Shown: positions 1 to 12,077, counted from the first letter of the whole stretch. The stretch: DNA of 58,132 nucleotides, filler included, from Sphacelaria rigidula (GCA_964200075.2; 9 parts of 9 records of this genome joined end to end with filler, not necessarily neighbours in it), one strand, 5' to 3'. The notes: generated by a model not told the origin, from the sequence alone. A program made the numbers and translations.

Positions 1-69
1 TGGTGGGGGGGGGGGGGGGGGTGGTGGGGGGGGGGGGGGGGGGGGAGGGGAAAGGAGGGGAGAAAAAAT

Positions 70-104
<35 letters not shown>

Positions 105-149
105 TGCGACAAGGGAGCGTGGTTCAAAGCGGGGCGTGGACGTCGTGGG

Positions 150-2050
150 TGTGGTCTATGTTGCGCTAAAGACCGCGGCGAAGTCCTTTAGACTGAAGGC
201 GCTGGAGACATCAGGATCCGCATGGTGCAGATGGGCTGGTGGTGTATAGTGCTGGCCGGAGCTTGAGCTGTATGGATCCAGGTTCATCGATGAAGCGCAC
301 GATGTATGTGTCGGCCGAAACCAGGTTAGCGGAGTGTATCTGAACCAACCACCAGAGGTTGTCGCTGCCTTTAAACCAAAGGTAGCTGCCCTTGGGCAGG
401 AGTCGCTGGTTTGCGAAGAACTTCGTCTTACAAGTCTTGGTGGGTACAAGTTCGTAACCACCGGCGACGAAGCGTAGTCCCTGATCGCGGTGACGTTCGC
501 GGGCTGCTGCGCCACGACGTATGTTGCGATCAATTTTGTTGTGAGCAAGATGCTGATGTTGGGATTGCGTCCAGTACAGGAGGATTGCACAGCGGTGCAA
601 TTGAAGGTCGGATTTGCGTTCCCAAGACGCTCTCCGAAGACCGTGCCAGTATGTCTTATACATGACCGCAATTTTTCCACCTCGACCACGGGTTATCTGA
701 TGGCCGGAGATGGTCGACACGGTCAATCGAAGGGGCTGTTCCGTCACATCGTCGGTTGTAACGTGGTAGGGCGGGGACTTGGTCGAGTAGCTGTTGAGAA
801 CATACTGTGTGAGTCCGGCAGGCAGGTACTTGGGCATGTCACTTGCATCATGCGGGTTTGTGCAGGGTTTGCATCTGTGCACGGAGACGCAGGGCTTGGT
901 GTCCTTGCCCTGGAAGTCGCGAGGCAAGTCGAGATAGAGGAGTTTGTCACTAACGGGTTTATCATCCGGTGATGATGATGATGGTCCGACGGTCAGGATC
1001 TCGAAATGGTCCTGTCCAATTGAGGGACAATTTTGTCTTCAAAATTGTTTCGTTGGCTGCCTTGCTGATGCCTTGGCGGATGGTCGACAAACTGTTGTAA
1101 ATCCAAACCCAATCACCAACATTCCAGTTAGGGCGTTCGTGCATGAGGTTGTAGAGAGCAGTGCTGGATCTCTCTAGGCGCGAGGCGTTGATAGCGTGTT
1201 GGTCGCGCACGAGGGTAAACGCTTCGCGATGTCGTGCATGCGCTAGCTCGTGGTAGGATATCTGATCCTGATCCAATCCTTGGTGGCCGTCGAACGTATG
1301 GCGCTCAAACAAGGTGATAGACAGCCGAGGGTAACGTCCAAGATGAAGTTCGTTCGGAGAAAGGCCCGTGGCGGCGTTCACTGAATTGATGTAGACAACA
1401 TGATATGCGAGAGATGTAGGTCCCAGTCATTTTGGCGGTCATTGACAACCATAGAGAGCATCTGGGCCATTGTGTGGTTAAATTTTTCGGTACCACCGTT
1501 ACCTTTTGGGTGGTGGGCGCTCGTGCCAATTTTGCGGCTGCCCAGGAGCTCGTGAAGGTCATCAGAGAGATCTGAGCAAACTCGCTGACCATTGTCTGAA
1601 AGAACTCGCTTTGGGCAACCGTAGTGCTTAATGTAATCGTGGCCCAATATGTCGGCCGTTCCGGCGGCAGTGAAGTCTGCGGCGCCTACCGCGTACATGG
1701 ACGCGTGGCGGCTGAAGCGGTCAGTGAAGAGTAAGATGTAGGTGTTGCCGCGACCTGTGGTCGGTAGAATGCCAAAGTAGTTAAAGGACAAAAGGTGGCC
1801 GGGCTCGTTGGGGAGTCCCATAGAGATGATGGACCAGCGTACTGTCTGTCTTGAAGTTTTTCGGTCTTGACATTTGAAGCATTGCCGAATCCAGAAGCGG
1901 ATTAAAATTTCCATGCCAACCCACCAGTAGCAGCGTTCCAAGAGCGCGAGGGTGCGGGCGACGCCAAGGTGACATAACAGGTCTGTGTGGCAGCCTTTCA
2001 TGACCCAGGAGCGCATAAATAATGGCACATATATGCGCGTTGGTTTGTTA
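150..2050 (-). pseudogene. Integrase with HHCC zinc finger, rve core, GPF motif, chromodomain and C-terminal extension (Gypsy element 1)
   Basis: HTDLLCHLG...CFKC; YILLFTDRFSR, SDNG, NGGTEKFN; NWTGPF; VSTISGHQ...YKTYWHG...SWERKSDL at 571-726. Confidence 0.88.
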
Positions 2051-2989
2051 TCGAGTAGTCGTGCGTGGCGTCCCGTGGTTGAGGCGAAAATGGCGCCTGT
2101 CAAAGGCCTGGGCCGACGCACGAGTAGTTGCACGCTTTCATCAGTCGTAAAAAAGGTGCCTCTACGCACGAGCTCGTATACGTCAGAAAAAACTGGTGGT
2201 AGCAGTGTGCCAATCGGGGCCAGAAGTGTGGATGGAAAAGGGACTGGACACTCGAGTTGTGAGTACCAGATGGCATAGCGGTTCTGCGTTTTATTCGCGA
2301 GCCCGATCGCGGTGGGAGTAGCTTGCGAGAATCTCGCATAGTTGACCTTCCGCTGGCGAGCCGACCAAACATGGTGGGGCAGGCGGCGGGGGAACAGGCG
2401 ACGGGGTAGAAATGCCGACGTCAATACCTGTCTCAGAAGAAGGAGCTAGATCGTCAGCTCCGTGCTCGGGAGCGGTAGATATTGGCGGCGCCGTTATGAG
2501 CGGCGGGGCTGTAACAGCGCGCGGCGAAGATTGTCCGCGGCGCGTGGTGCACGTTCCAGCAGTTTTCGCACAGCGTTGCGTGTTGGTCCATGGAACTTGT
2601 GCTGAGTGGCTCGTAGAAATTGTAGGTGTTATCGGTGGCGGCGGGGCGCTCGGGGTGGTGCGAGCGGCAGGCCGGGAGCGCGTGTTGTCGGAGATAAGGT
2701 GGGTGACTGGAGGTGTCTCCACGAAGAGTTTCGCGCGAGTACCGAAAGTACGGAAATCGACAAAACCGGAGGTAGTGGGTTTTAACCCACCCAAGACAGC
2801 GTCATATGGTAGAGGGCGAGGTCCTCCCATAGGCATACTGGTTTCCGGGCACTGAGAGTCAAGGGAGTAAACGGACAATGAAACGTCTGACCGCGTAAGT
2901 TCCGGGTTCATCGGGTTCCGTTGAACGGCAAGCCGGGCTGGAATCTGCGGCCGTAGGCGGCAGGGGTAGGCGAGAAAGAAGATCAGCGT

Positions 2990-3445
2990 TCCCGTTGATT
3001 TAACCTGGTCGGTGCTCAATGGTATACTGATATGCTGTTAGAAACTCCAACCATCGTTGTACACGCGGGTTGTGTTCGCCAACCTTGGCGGGTTGTTCGA
3101 GTGCTCCGTGGTCCGTAAGATCTCAAAGGGCACGTGAAACAGGTACTGTCGAAGGCGCTTAATGGCCCAAGTGATTACTCCGCCTTCCATTTCTAGCGGG
3201 CTCCAATTGGCCTCGTTGGGCAGGGTAGCTCGGCTGATATAGAGGATGGGTCGGATGGAGCCATCAACCTGGGGTTGATTCAGAACTCCTCCAAATCCGT
3301 TTGTGCTGGCGTCAGTGTGGAGTTGGAAAAGGCGGGAGCCATCTTGTACTGCCTCCCAATCAGGAAAGCACAGTACCGGCTTTTCGGTAAACGTCTTGAG
3401 TAATTCGCGGGTGATATTCTCCATTTCGGTTGTGAAGGGAAACAC
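2990..3445 (-). pseudogene. Ty3-type RNase H (Gypsy element 1)
   Basis: FQLHTDASTNGFGGVL, RPILYISR, NWSPLEME, WAIKRLRQYL. Confidence 0.88.
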
Positions 3446-3463
3446 GGCTCCTTCCTTGAGTAA

Positions 3464-4290
3464 CTAAGTAAGGGGGCGAATTCGTTTCGATGAATTTGGC
3501 AAAATGTTGCGGTAGTAGGATAGTCCGCCAAACAATTTGCGAAGTTGAGAAATGTTAGTTGGCATCGGCAAGTCAGTCATCGCTTTGACTTTGTTTGTAT
3601 CCGGATGCAGGCCTGCTGGCGAAATGGAATGCCCCAAGAAATCCAAGTCACTCGCACTAAGGCGAGCTTTGGATGGAGACCGTTTCAAATCGTGCGTGCG
3701 TAGGCGAGAGAGAAATTCGCGTAGAGTGCGTATATGTGCAATAGGTGAGGCATCGAAAGCGATAGCGTCATCCAGGTACATAATGATGTGCTCGAGGCCC
3801 TCGGTGACGCGTTGCATTAAGCGTTGAAAGCATCCCGAGGCGGTGGCGGCGCCTTGTGGCATTCGATGCCACTCATAGAGTCCGGACTAGGTACAAAAAG
3901 CCGCAGTGGGACTATGTCAGGGTGTATATCATTCTGAAACAATTCAGAAGCAAGGTCGAAGGTGCTGAATATTTTTCCCTCGCTTCAGGAGTCGAAGACT
4001 TCAGCAATGCGGGGAATTGGAAGTTTACCGACTACAGTGACGCGGTTCAAGCATTGATAAATCAGGGTTATGCGTATGTTTCCATCCTTTGGGAGGACGA
4101 CCACAAGGGGCGAGGCCCAAGGAGAGGAGGAATGTTGTATTAATCCCGCTCCCAGATACGCATCAAAGATGCCGTCAACTTTCTTAGTAAGGATCGGGTT
4201 TGTTCGGTATGGCCGAGAAGAAATCGGCGAGACACCGGGTTGGAGGGTAATCTCAAAGGGCGGTATTTTTCAATGCCCAAGATCCGTCTC
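3464..4290 (-). pseudogene. Reverse transcriptase (Gypsy element 1), frameshifted
   Basis: SSSPWASPLVVV, FSTFDL, MPQGAATASGCFQRLM, MYLDD and LDFLGH motifs spread over several frames. Confidence 0.92.
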
Positions 4291-5029
4291 GGATCGGAAA
4301 ACTCGGTCTTGGTACTGTAGCAGGACATCACTGAGTTCTCGGATGACTGCCGGTTCCCAGCCGGGACCATGAAGGTCAAAATTGATATAGCGCATGTGTC
4401 GCGGCAGTTGGTGCCACATCTGCAAGAAGCTAATCCGAGAATCTGGTGATAAGCGTTGAAACACTTCAGCAGGGGGATCGGACTTCGACGGGGCAGGATC
4501 CCCGGTGTGAACCTGAGGTGGAGTCGCAGAGGCGAGATCGAAATAAGGTTCATCGACACATTGGATTGACTCCGCCGGAGATGTGGCGCTTGGCGCGGCA
4601 GGCTCTGTTACGGACGTCTCGAGTGGGACGTGCATCAGGGGAGCAGCGGCGATTCCTAAAAAATCGTCGGGTTCCAAGTTAGCATTACCCGTAAGAGGGA
4701 GGAGTTGTTGTCCCGCCTACACAAACTGTTCTGTGTAGGCAGGTGCGCCAATACGGGGTACAATTTCGGCAAGATAATGGCCCGTAAGTGCTGGCATGCC
4801 ATTTCGGCGAACTAGTGCAACTTCCAGAAGTTGGGGGTCGTCGGAGAGTGTAATACCAACGCTACCGTTGTATCGTAGGTGGTTAGCAGCTCCGGTTGCT
4901 TGAGTAATCTTCTGGTAGGCTAGGGCGCCGTGGAGAGTACCAAAGGTTTCGGGGTTGAATTCTCCACGAGGCGTGGAATGTGGCGCTAGTGGTGGGCGCG
5001 TGCGGTAGGTACGTTTATTGAACCGCATA

Positions 5030-5330
5030 TAGCTATCTCTGCTTAATAATATGGCGTGATGCATTGTGCTGTCGGGGACAATGTATGCCCAGACTGCCAG
5101 GCTGGCAGATCGAGTGGTGTTGTGAATCAATTGTACACTGAGACGTACGGATTTTCGTGTCGACAGTGGTGCGGCAGAATCACCGAAACCACCCCACACC
5201 CGAGGTTTGTCGGTGGTTTCGCAAGCTGCAGTAGCAGCACCAGTCTGTTTCATGTGTTTCCATGTTGCTTCTCAAATAAATGTTTGCGGGCTACCGCTGT
5301 CCAACAAGGATACGCATTTCGTAGGCGTGA
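5030..5330 (-). pseudogene. Retroviral-type aspartic protease (Gypsy element 1)
   Basis: CVSLLDSGSPQTFI catalytic motif, followed by HAILLSRD (ILLGxD-like) in the next ORF. Confidence 0.8.
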
Positions 5331-6371
5331 TAGCGTTTGGACCGGAATGGATGGAAACGCGTGTAGTGAAAGTGGCCGGATCTACAGACACTTTACCGCC
5401 GACAAGATCCGGACCGTGTTCCGGCAAGGTAAATTGGTCAGGAAGAGCGGAGCTGACAGCAAAAACGCACGGCGGGTGATCCGCCGGTGGGTCAGATGTC
5501 TCACCAGAGAAGGAGGTGGACGGTATATTATTTCCAGGTGTGGCACGGTCAGAGTGACCATCGGTGATTTCGTAAATGATCGTCTTTGGTTGACAGGGAT
5601 CACCGTCCAAGGGGGATCCAGGATGTGCGGGGCTGGAGTCGTAGATCGAGGAAGTAGTGCCGTCAGAATTATTTGATTTTGTTTCTTCCGGGATACTTGA
5701 TAGAGCCGTCGAACTCAAAGCCGTCGCATTTTGGAGAGATCGAGGTCGAGGATTTCCGCTCGAAAGAGGTGTACATAATGATGCGCACGCTTCCTTGGGG
5801 GCATGCCTACGGGGCTTTCTCTTTCGCCATGACAAAGGTCGGGGAACTTCCCAGACATTTTGGGATGAAACCACAACTGCATCCGGTTGCGTGGATGGGG
5901 TCAGCATCGGGGCATGACAGAGCGAAACTTGTTGGCTGCTTTCCGTAGGCGAGCTTGGCTGTTGGGTCATAGCCGAAGATATGTTGGGGCGGGTGTTATC
6001 AGAACCGGCCGAAGGTAGGTCCGTGCGTGTTGAAAATCGCGGGGAGGGAGCTCGATCTAACTGATTGGGAATTACGTGATCCGATGTGGTCAAGTTCAAA
6101 CCAGCAGCACTTGGGTCAGCTGAAAAAGGCTTGCTACTACCTGTGCGTGCGGTCGCTGAGGGAAGCCTTTGCCTCAGAGACTGGCGGTTGGTCTTCCCAC
6201 ACCTCGGACTTATACTCGGCACTGAAGGACCAAGTTCAAAGCCGGGTGTAGGTCTGAGTCGCGGGGCGACACAACTGTTACGCAGTGGGGGGGGGGGGCG
6301 TTCTCATTTGTTCCTTGCCTTGGTCGTTTGACCATTGACCAGTGGTGGTGGGGGGGGGGGGGGGGGGGGGG

Positions 6372-6471
6372 NNNNNNNNNNNNNNNNNNNNNNNNNNNNN
6401 NNNNNNNNNNNNNNNTTAATTAATTAANNNNNNNNNNNNNNNNNNNNNNNNNNNNNNNNNNNNNNNNNNNN
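6372..6471. other. Synthetic scaffold linker (44N + TTAATTAATTAA + 44N)
   Basis: Same 100-bp block at 12843-12942, 19313-19412, 25783-25882, 32253-32352, 38723-38822, 45193-45292 and 51663-51762; gives stops in all six frames. Confidence 0.99.
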
Positions 6472-6623
6472 CGCCAACACACGTCTCGGACACTTTGCAT
6501 CACCCCACAGAGAGGAGCTTAGTCTGCTTTTTTTATTCGCTTGGCTTCGAGGTTTCGAGATTGGCCGCTGAACGAAAATTCGTGGGAAAAAATCTGTGCT
6601 TGCAGACCCCCCCAGTTTGGGCT
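6472..6623 (+). repeat. Left part of a hairpin-bearing repeat that hosts Gypsy element 2 (right part 12325-12378)
   Basis: Matches the reverse complement of ~32075-32228; the flank after the 3' LTR matches the reverse complement of ~31965-32020. Confidence 0.8.
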
Positions 6624-6988
6624 GAAACTGGGGAGTCCCTCAACAGCATTAGACGCTGCAGTACTGGCAGCCTGCCGGCGTCACAATATCGATATTAGTG
6701 GTAGTGCTAGTCGTGCTAGTTGTGCTATCGTTGATTCTGCTGGAAAATTTTCAGCAGAGAGGAGTCTGGACAGCTTTGGACATATTGCTTCACGGACGCG
6801 TGAGGAGGTTTCAAGCTGAGGTAGCTGCAAAGGCGGCTGGTCCGTGATTGATCCAGACTGGAGACTTGCTGGAGCTGCGTGCAGCGGGAGTTTATGGGAC
6901 CCCACGGCTGTGTGGTGCGGCGACGAAGGCAGGTGTGAACTGGGGAGTGCGAGAAGGTTCAGAAGCCTTCCATTAGGTCCGCTCGGAA

Positions 6989-7813
6989 ATGTCGACCACA
7001 GAGGTACCGGCCGAAGAGGCAGCGGAGACGACCGTAACCCCAGTTGTTCTGAGAGAAGAGTTGCGGCCTCCCAGTTACGGAAATTCGTATTCTGAGTGTG
7101 CTTCTCATTCGTTTTATACGAAATACGTGGAATACAAGAAGCGGGTGGAGCATGCGAATGCGGGGGGTGCGGGAAGGCATCAGGTGGTTTCCATGGCGCA
7201 ACTCGTACCTACCCTCCTCGAACGCGTTTTTGCGAGAAGATTCCATGAGAAGAACACAATAACGCCGCTGCAATTGGCTGCAGCGATAAAGAAGCATGCA
7301 GGGCATGCAGCGGGGGCTGAGGTAGAGCTAAACAGGTGTCCGCGGCCGTGGCGAAGGCTGTCGCCATGAACCACAACCATGCGTGAGAGGGTGGAGCCAA
7401 TCATGGGAAAGGTCGAGACATATTTTTCGGAGAATCCCAACGTCGAGATGGTTTATCGTTCCTTCGATGGGAAATTCCATCAAGGGCCCGCTGCGGTGAT
7501 CACGAAAGTGATGGTGGAGGGTCTGGCACCGGCGGAATTCAAACAGGCCGTGCTTGTGAAATTACAGCACGAAACCAATTGGAAGTCAGACCCGTACTTA
7601 CTTATGGATACCGTGGTGGCTGAGGCTCAGTCATGGCGGAAGATTGAAGTATTCGGGAAATCATCCACTTCGTCGCCGCAGTCTTCGAGCTCGCGTAACC
7701 GCGGATCAAAATCCGCAGGCAGTGCCGCCGCCAATATCACTTGCTTTCAGTGTGGCCAGGTAGGCCACTACGCACGCAAGTGCCCAACGCCTTCCGAGGG
7801 GGAGTCTGGATAG
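6989..7813 (+). pseudogene. gag: Gag with CCHC zinc knuckle
   Basis: CFQCGQVGHYARKC (CX2CX4HX4C); two ORFs separated by a frameshift near 7340-7380. Confidence 0.85.
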
Positions 7814-8279
7814 ACGAGTGCCGCGTGCCCTCGCAATCACAAAGGAGGAAAACGTAATCGGGGTGGTGGCGGAGGCGGATCCATCAGCGGTGGAGGTGTA
7901 CAGTCGAGTTCCCAGCAGCAGCAGTAGCAGGGGCAGCGGCGTCAGCAGGAGTCCGGTTCTGGATCCGGCTCAGCCGCAGGGGCTGCTGCTCCGCAACGGA
8001 CGGTGCAGGTAGGACCGACCACTCTAGTGTCGGGCTCGGTGCCGGCGCCGCCGGCAGCAGAGCAAGGCGAGACGCCTGCTGCTGAGCCAGCCGGATTTCA
8101 GCTGATATTCGGATCCGCTGCTGCGTCGGCCGGAGTACCGCTGCAATTTGGTTCTGCGGGCGGGGCTTCTTACCCGCCGGCGGTGCCGGTGATCCCAGCG
8201 GGGGCGTCTATGCCTGCGCCGCACGCGCAGCCGTGGCGCCAAGTGGGGATCACGACCAATCAGTCGGCGGAGCGGGTGC

Positions 8280-8674
8280 CGGTCGAGTATCAAGAAAAGT
8301 ATATTCCTGCAGAGTTATATCTCCCAGATCAACGGGCGCGGGGAACCATATTGATCAACGCTGTGTTGGATTCAGGCGCCCATTCCACGAGCGGGTCGGT
8401 GCTGATTGTGGAGATGCTGGAGCGTCTACTCCCCGGTGAGCAAATCCGCATCCCGTTCTCGCTCGGGGCGCGGCAGGCCATCACTGCATCGGGGCAACGT
8501 ATAAATGCCACGGGTCGTACGATTCCCCCACAATTGGCGCTCAGGACTACCTGGGGGCCAGCGAAATTACCCCCGATATCGTTTGCGGTCATACCGGGAA
8601 CGGATGGTGTCGTTCTGTTGGGCTTACCGACGCTTCGGGGACTCGGAGTCGATCCGTGTGATCGGCTGTTATAG
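8280..8674 (+). pseudogene. Aspartic protease (Gypsy element 2)
   Basis: NAVLDSGAHST and VVLLGLPTL. Confidence 0.85.
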
Positions 8675-8903
8675 TCCCTAAAAACGCAAATGTCGTCGCC
8701 CGGTTCGAGTGTCGACACGACTGCTTTTTTGTCCAGTCGCAGAGTGAGCTTGTCGGTGGATGCTCTCCAGGAGGCGGGGGGGCAGGTGTCCGAGGAGCGG
8801 GATGAGGCGGCGATACGCTTGGTGGAGCGTGGCCCCGATATGTTTATGGAGCCGGAGGAAGAAGAGGCCGCGCGAATGGCTGCGCTGGAGGAAAGCGTGA
8901 CGA

Positions 8904-10400
8904 TTGGATGCTGTAGCAAATGGCTTCAACGTCTCAAAAGCGGAGCGCTTACGTGGCATATTGTATCGCCACGTTAACGCGTTTCGTCGTGCGCTGATGG
9001 GTGGTCCCCCTGCGCGCGTGGAACCCATGAGGGTTACACTGAAGTCAGGGGCGGCCGCGCTGAAGGCAAAACCTAGGAGGTATGATCCGGTAAAGTCCAG
9101 TTGGTTAGCTTCTTGCATGGGAGCTCTTGTGGCGTTTGGCTTCGTGTTCAGGAATCTACAGGCGGTGTGGTCCAGCCCAGCGATGGCGGTGCCGAAGAAG
9201 GACTTTTTCCGTCTTGTCAGCGATTACGGAGCCGTCAATGATCAGGTGGAGAAGTCGCCGGGTGTCATGCCCAATCAGGAATCCGATATGATAGACCTGT
9301 TGAGCGCGCGATGCTTCGGTAAGTTGGACCTCCTACAGGGGTACTGGCAGATGCCGTTGGCCGAAGAGGCGCAAGATATATTCACCATCACGACTCCGCT
9401 TGGCATATTTACCCCGCAACGAGTACCGCAAGGCGTGTTGAATGCTACTTCCTATTTTCAAGGTGTCATGGTAGACCTTTTAGATGGCTTGAAATGCAAG
9501 ATCTGGGTGGATGATGTCTTTTTCTTCGCGGATACGGAAGAGGAACTGATGGATACGCTTTATGCAATCTTGGCTTGCTTAGAGAGTGTTGGTCTGTTTG
9601 CAGCTGCCCACAAGTGTACCTTTTTTGTTAGTGAATAAGTGTGGTGTGGGAAAGTATATTCACACGGCCGCGTCTCGGATGACCTGGTCCGTTTGCAAGG
9701 TTTGTCTTACATGCGGCGTCCAGAAACAGCAGCAGAACTGCTGTAATCCCTGCACGCAATGAACTGGTTGCGTACCTCGTTGCCACGTATGGCCGAAGTA
9801 GTGGCGCCTTTGCGTGTTTTCCTAGAAGAACTCATGGTGGGGGCAGCAAGGCGCACGAAGCAGGTGGCCAAAAACCGCGTTATTCCGCCCGCATCATAGA
9901 CGGAGGGCAGGCTGCAGACATGGGCGGAAGCGAAGGATCTGGTGGCTCATGCCGTGACGCTGTTCCATCCCCGCCCCGATTTCCAGGTGCTGATGTTTCC
10001 GGATGCATCCGAGTGTCATTGGGGTAGTTTTGTAACGCAGGTGTCTGATGCAGTTATGCAACAGCGATTGCCGGTTGAAGACATGACGCATGAACCGCTG
10101 GCTTTTCTGAGTGGTAATTTCAAGGGTTCACAGATGCGTTGGGCAACCATTGACAAGGGAGGTTTTGCTATCGTGAGCACTTTTCGTCGTTTCGAGCATC
10201 TATTGTGGAATGGCGTGCACATTTTCACGGATCACCGAAATCTAGCGTACATTTTCAACCCGGAGGCATGCGTGACGTCTGTGTCGAAGGCGCTGGCGCA
10301 GCGATTGGAGGGGTAAAAAGGTGTATTAGGCCAGTATCGGTACAAGATTTGTCATATTTCGGGTGAACGTAACGCGTGGGGTGACTTGCTGTCGCGCTGG
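8904..10400 (+). pseudogene. pol: Reverse transcriptase plus RNase H (Gypsy element 2)
   Basis: WSSPAMAVPKK, FGKLDLLQGYWQ, RVPQG, WVDD; FPDASECHWG, IFTDHRNL. Confidence 0.93.
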
Positions 10401-10559
10401 GTAAATATTCCCACTTTGCCTGCGCGCGCTGTGGCTGTGTATGGTCCGTGTGAACCTGATGACTCGATGCCATCCAAACCTGTTGTCCGCCAAGCGCAAG
10501 AAAAGATCTTGGGGCCGAAGATGCGGGTGTGCAATCTTTTGAGTCGGACGTTGGTACTG

Positions 10560-11998
10560 CTATCTCGGACAATGAAGATCTGTTTGGTGTGCATGTGTGT
10601 GGTCGAAACGTGTTGTGGATTCCGAGTTCTGACAAGCAGTTGCAGGTACGTCTGATGAGTTGCGCGCACATGCGCGACGCCGGGCATCGTGGTGTGGCTG
10701 CGACGCTCGTGCGCTTGCAAGAGTTTTGTGTCTAGCAGGGGATAGAAACTAATGTGCGTGAATTTGTCCGCCAGTGTCTTCACTGTGCTGACTCGAGGGT
10801 GGGCGATGTTGTTCCACGCCCGCTCGGTGAAACGATCCATGGGACCACGCCGAATAAAGTCGTTCATTTTGACTTCTTGTACGTGGGCGAGAGTGGCCCG
10901 CTAGCTTCCCAAAGTTTGTCGGAGGATGATGGGTTCCGATACATTTTGGTAATCATGGATAATTTGAGCAACTTTGTGGCTCTGGAACCAGTAACAGTGT
11001 GTACTGCTGAATCGCCTGCTGTATCTTTGCTGAATTGGTGCAGAACTTTGGGGGTGCCCCGTGTGTGGGTGAGTGATACCGCCACGCATTTCAAGAATGA
11101 GATCTTGGCCCGATTGCGAGAGGCTTTGCGCGTTGATCACCAGTTTGCGGTAGCGTATTTTCCATGGTCTAACGGTACGTGCGAATGCATGGTCAAGGAA
11201 GTGGTTCGTGCTCTTCGATCTATTCTTCTCGAGCAGCGTCGAGAGGTGACCGAGTGGGTGGACGTGTTGCCCGCTGTGCAATGGGCGCTAAATACAGCAT
11301 ATCGCCGTCGGTACGATAGTACGTCGTATCACGTGATGTTTGGTCGTGCACCTCGGACGTCTTTCTCGGTGTTGGCGTCCTCATCGGCGGGGGAGTAGAA
11401 CTGTGATGTCTTAGACGATGCGCAACTGGAGTTGTAGGAAAGTATTCACGTTCAAGTGCAGAAGCGTGTTGCCGCTGAACGTGCGCGTAGACGTGAGGGG
11501 TCTTCGTCGGTGCTGGAATTGCCGAATTTCGAGGTAGGCGATTATGTTTTTTATGCACGTATGCGTCGCTCGGGAGTTACGCCAAAATTGATGGCGACAT
11601 GGACTGGTCCGTGGAGAGTGGTTGGTGCTCATCACCCGCATGTGTTTGAGATCCAAAACATTGTTTCGGATCGTGTTCAGACCGCTCATGTAGCTCGTCT
11701 GTGTTTTTATCCAGACTCGCAGCTTAATGTAACGGCAGACGTGAAGGATGTGTTTCAGCACACCTTCAACCAGGGGCAATTTCAGATGACTGGGGTTGTT
11801 CGCGTGGCAGAGGCAGAGGATAGTTCGTTGATCGTATTGGTCGACTGGGTAGGTTTTGAAGTCGAGGAGCGTACGTGGGAGCCTTTTAAAAATAATTTTG
11901 AGGCCGCTCCGGAATTCATCAAGAAAGAGTTGCGTAAGGTGCGAGTGACTCGTTCCGTTGCTGCTCGTATTACGCGTGAGTTTGGGATTCAGTTGTGA
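10560..11998 (+). pseudogene. Integrase (HHCC, rve, GPW) plus chromo-like domain (Gypsy element 2)
   Basis: HMRDAGHRG...CLHC; VHFDFLYV, WVSDTATHF, SNGTCE; WTGPWRV; LVDWVGFEVEERTWEP. Confidence 0.9.
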
Positions 11999-12077
11999 CT
12001 TACTTAATCGTTTTGACGTTTTTTTTCTGAGTGTCAAGCTCGTTTCTCGATTCTCGTCCAATGCGCTTTGGGGGTGC

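Larger units (their letters stand above)
150..6250 (-). mobile_element. Decayed Ty3/Gypsy LTR retrotransposon pol region (PR-RT-RH-INT-chromodomain); LTRs not in scaffold
   Basis: Domains in Gypsy order on the minus strand: LLDSGS (protease), SPWASP and MYLDD (RT), LHTDAS (RNase H), HHCC plus rve core, WTGPF, chromodomain. Many frameshifts and stops. Confidence 0.93.

Noticed and set aside
1..191. Gly-rich or Pro-rich ORFs here and at 25542-25838 and 50312-50945
   Set aside because: Produced by poly-G/C tracts at low-quality scaffold ends or gaps
490..5676. Long plus-strand ORFs (490-972, 2412-2855, 5056-5676) as antisense genes
   Set aside because: Shadow frames of the GC-rich Gypsy pol; no motifs
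6416..6427. TTAATTAATTAA recurring every ~6470 bp as a biological periodic motif
   Set aside because: Synthetic linker inside N runs
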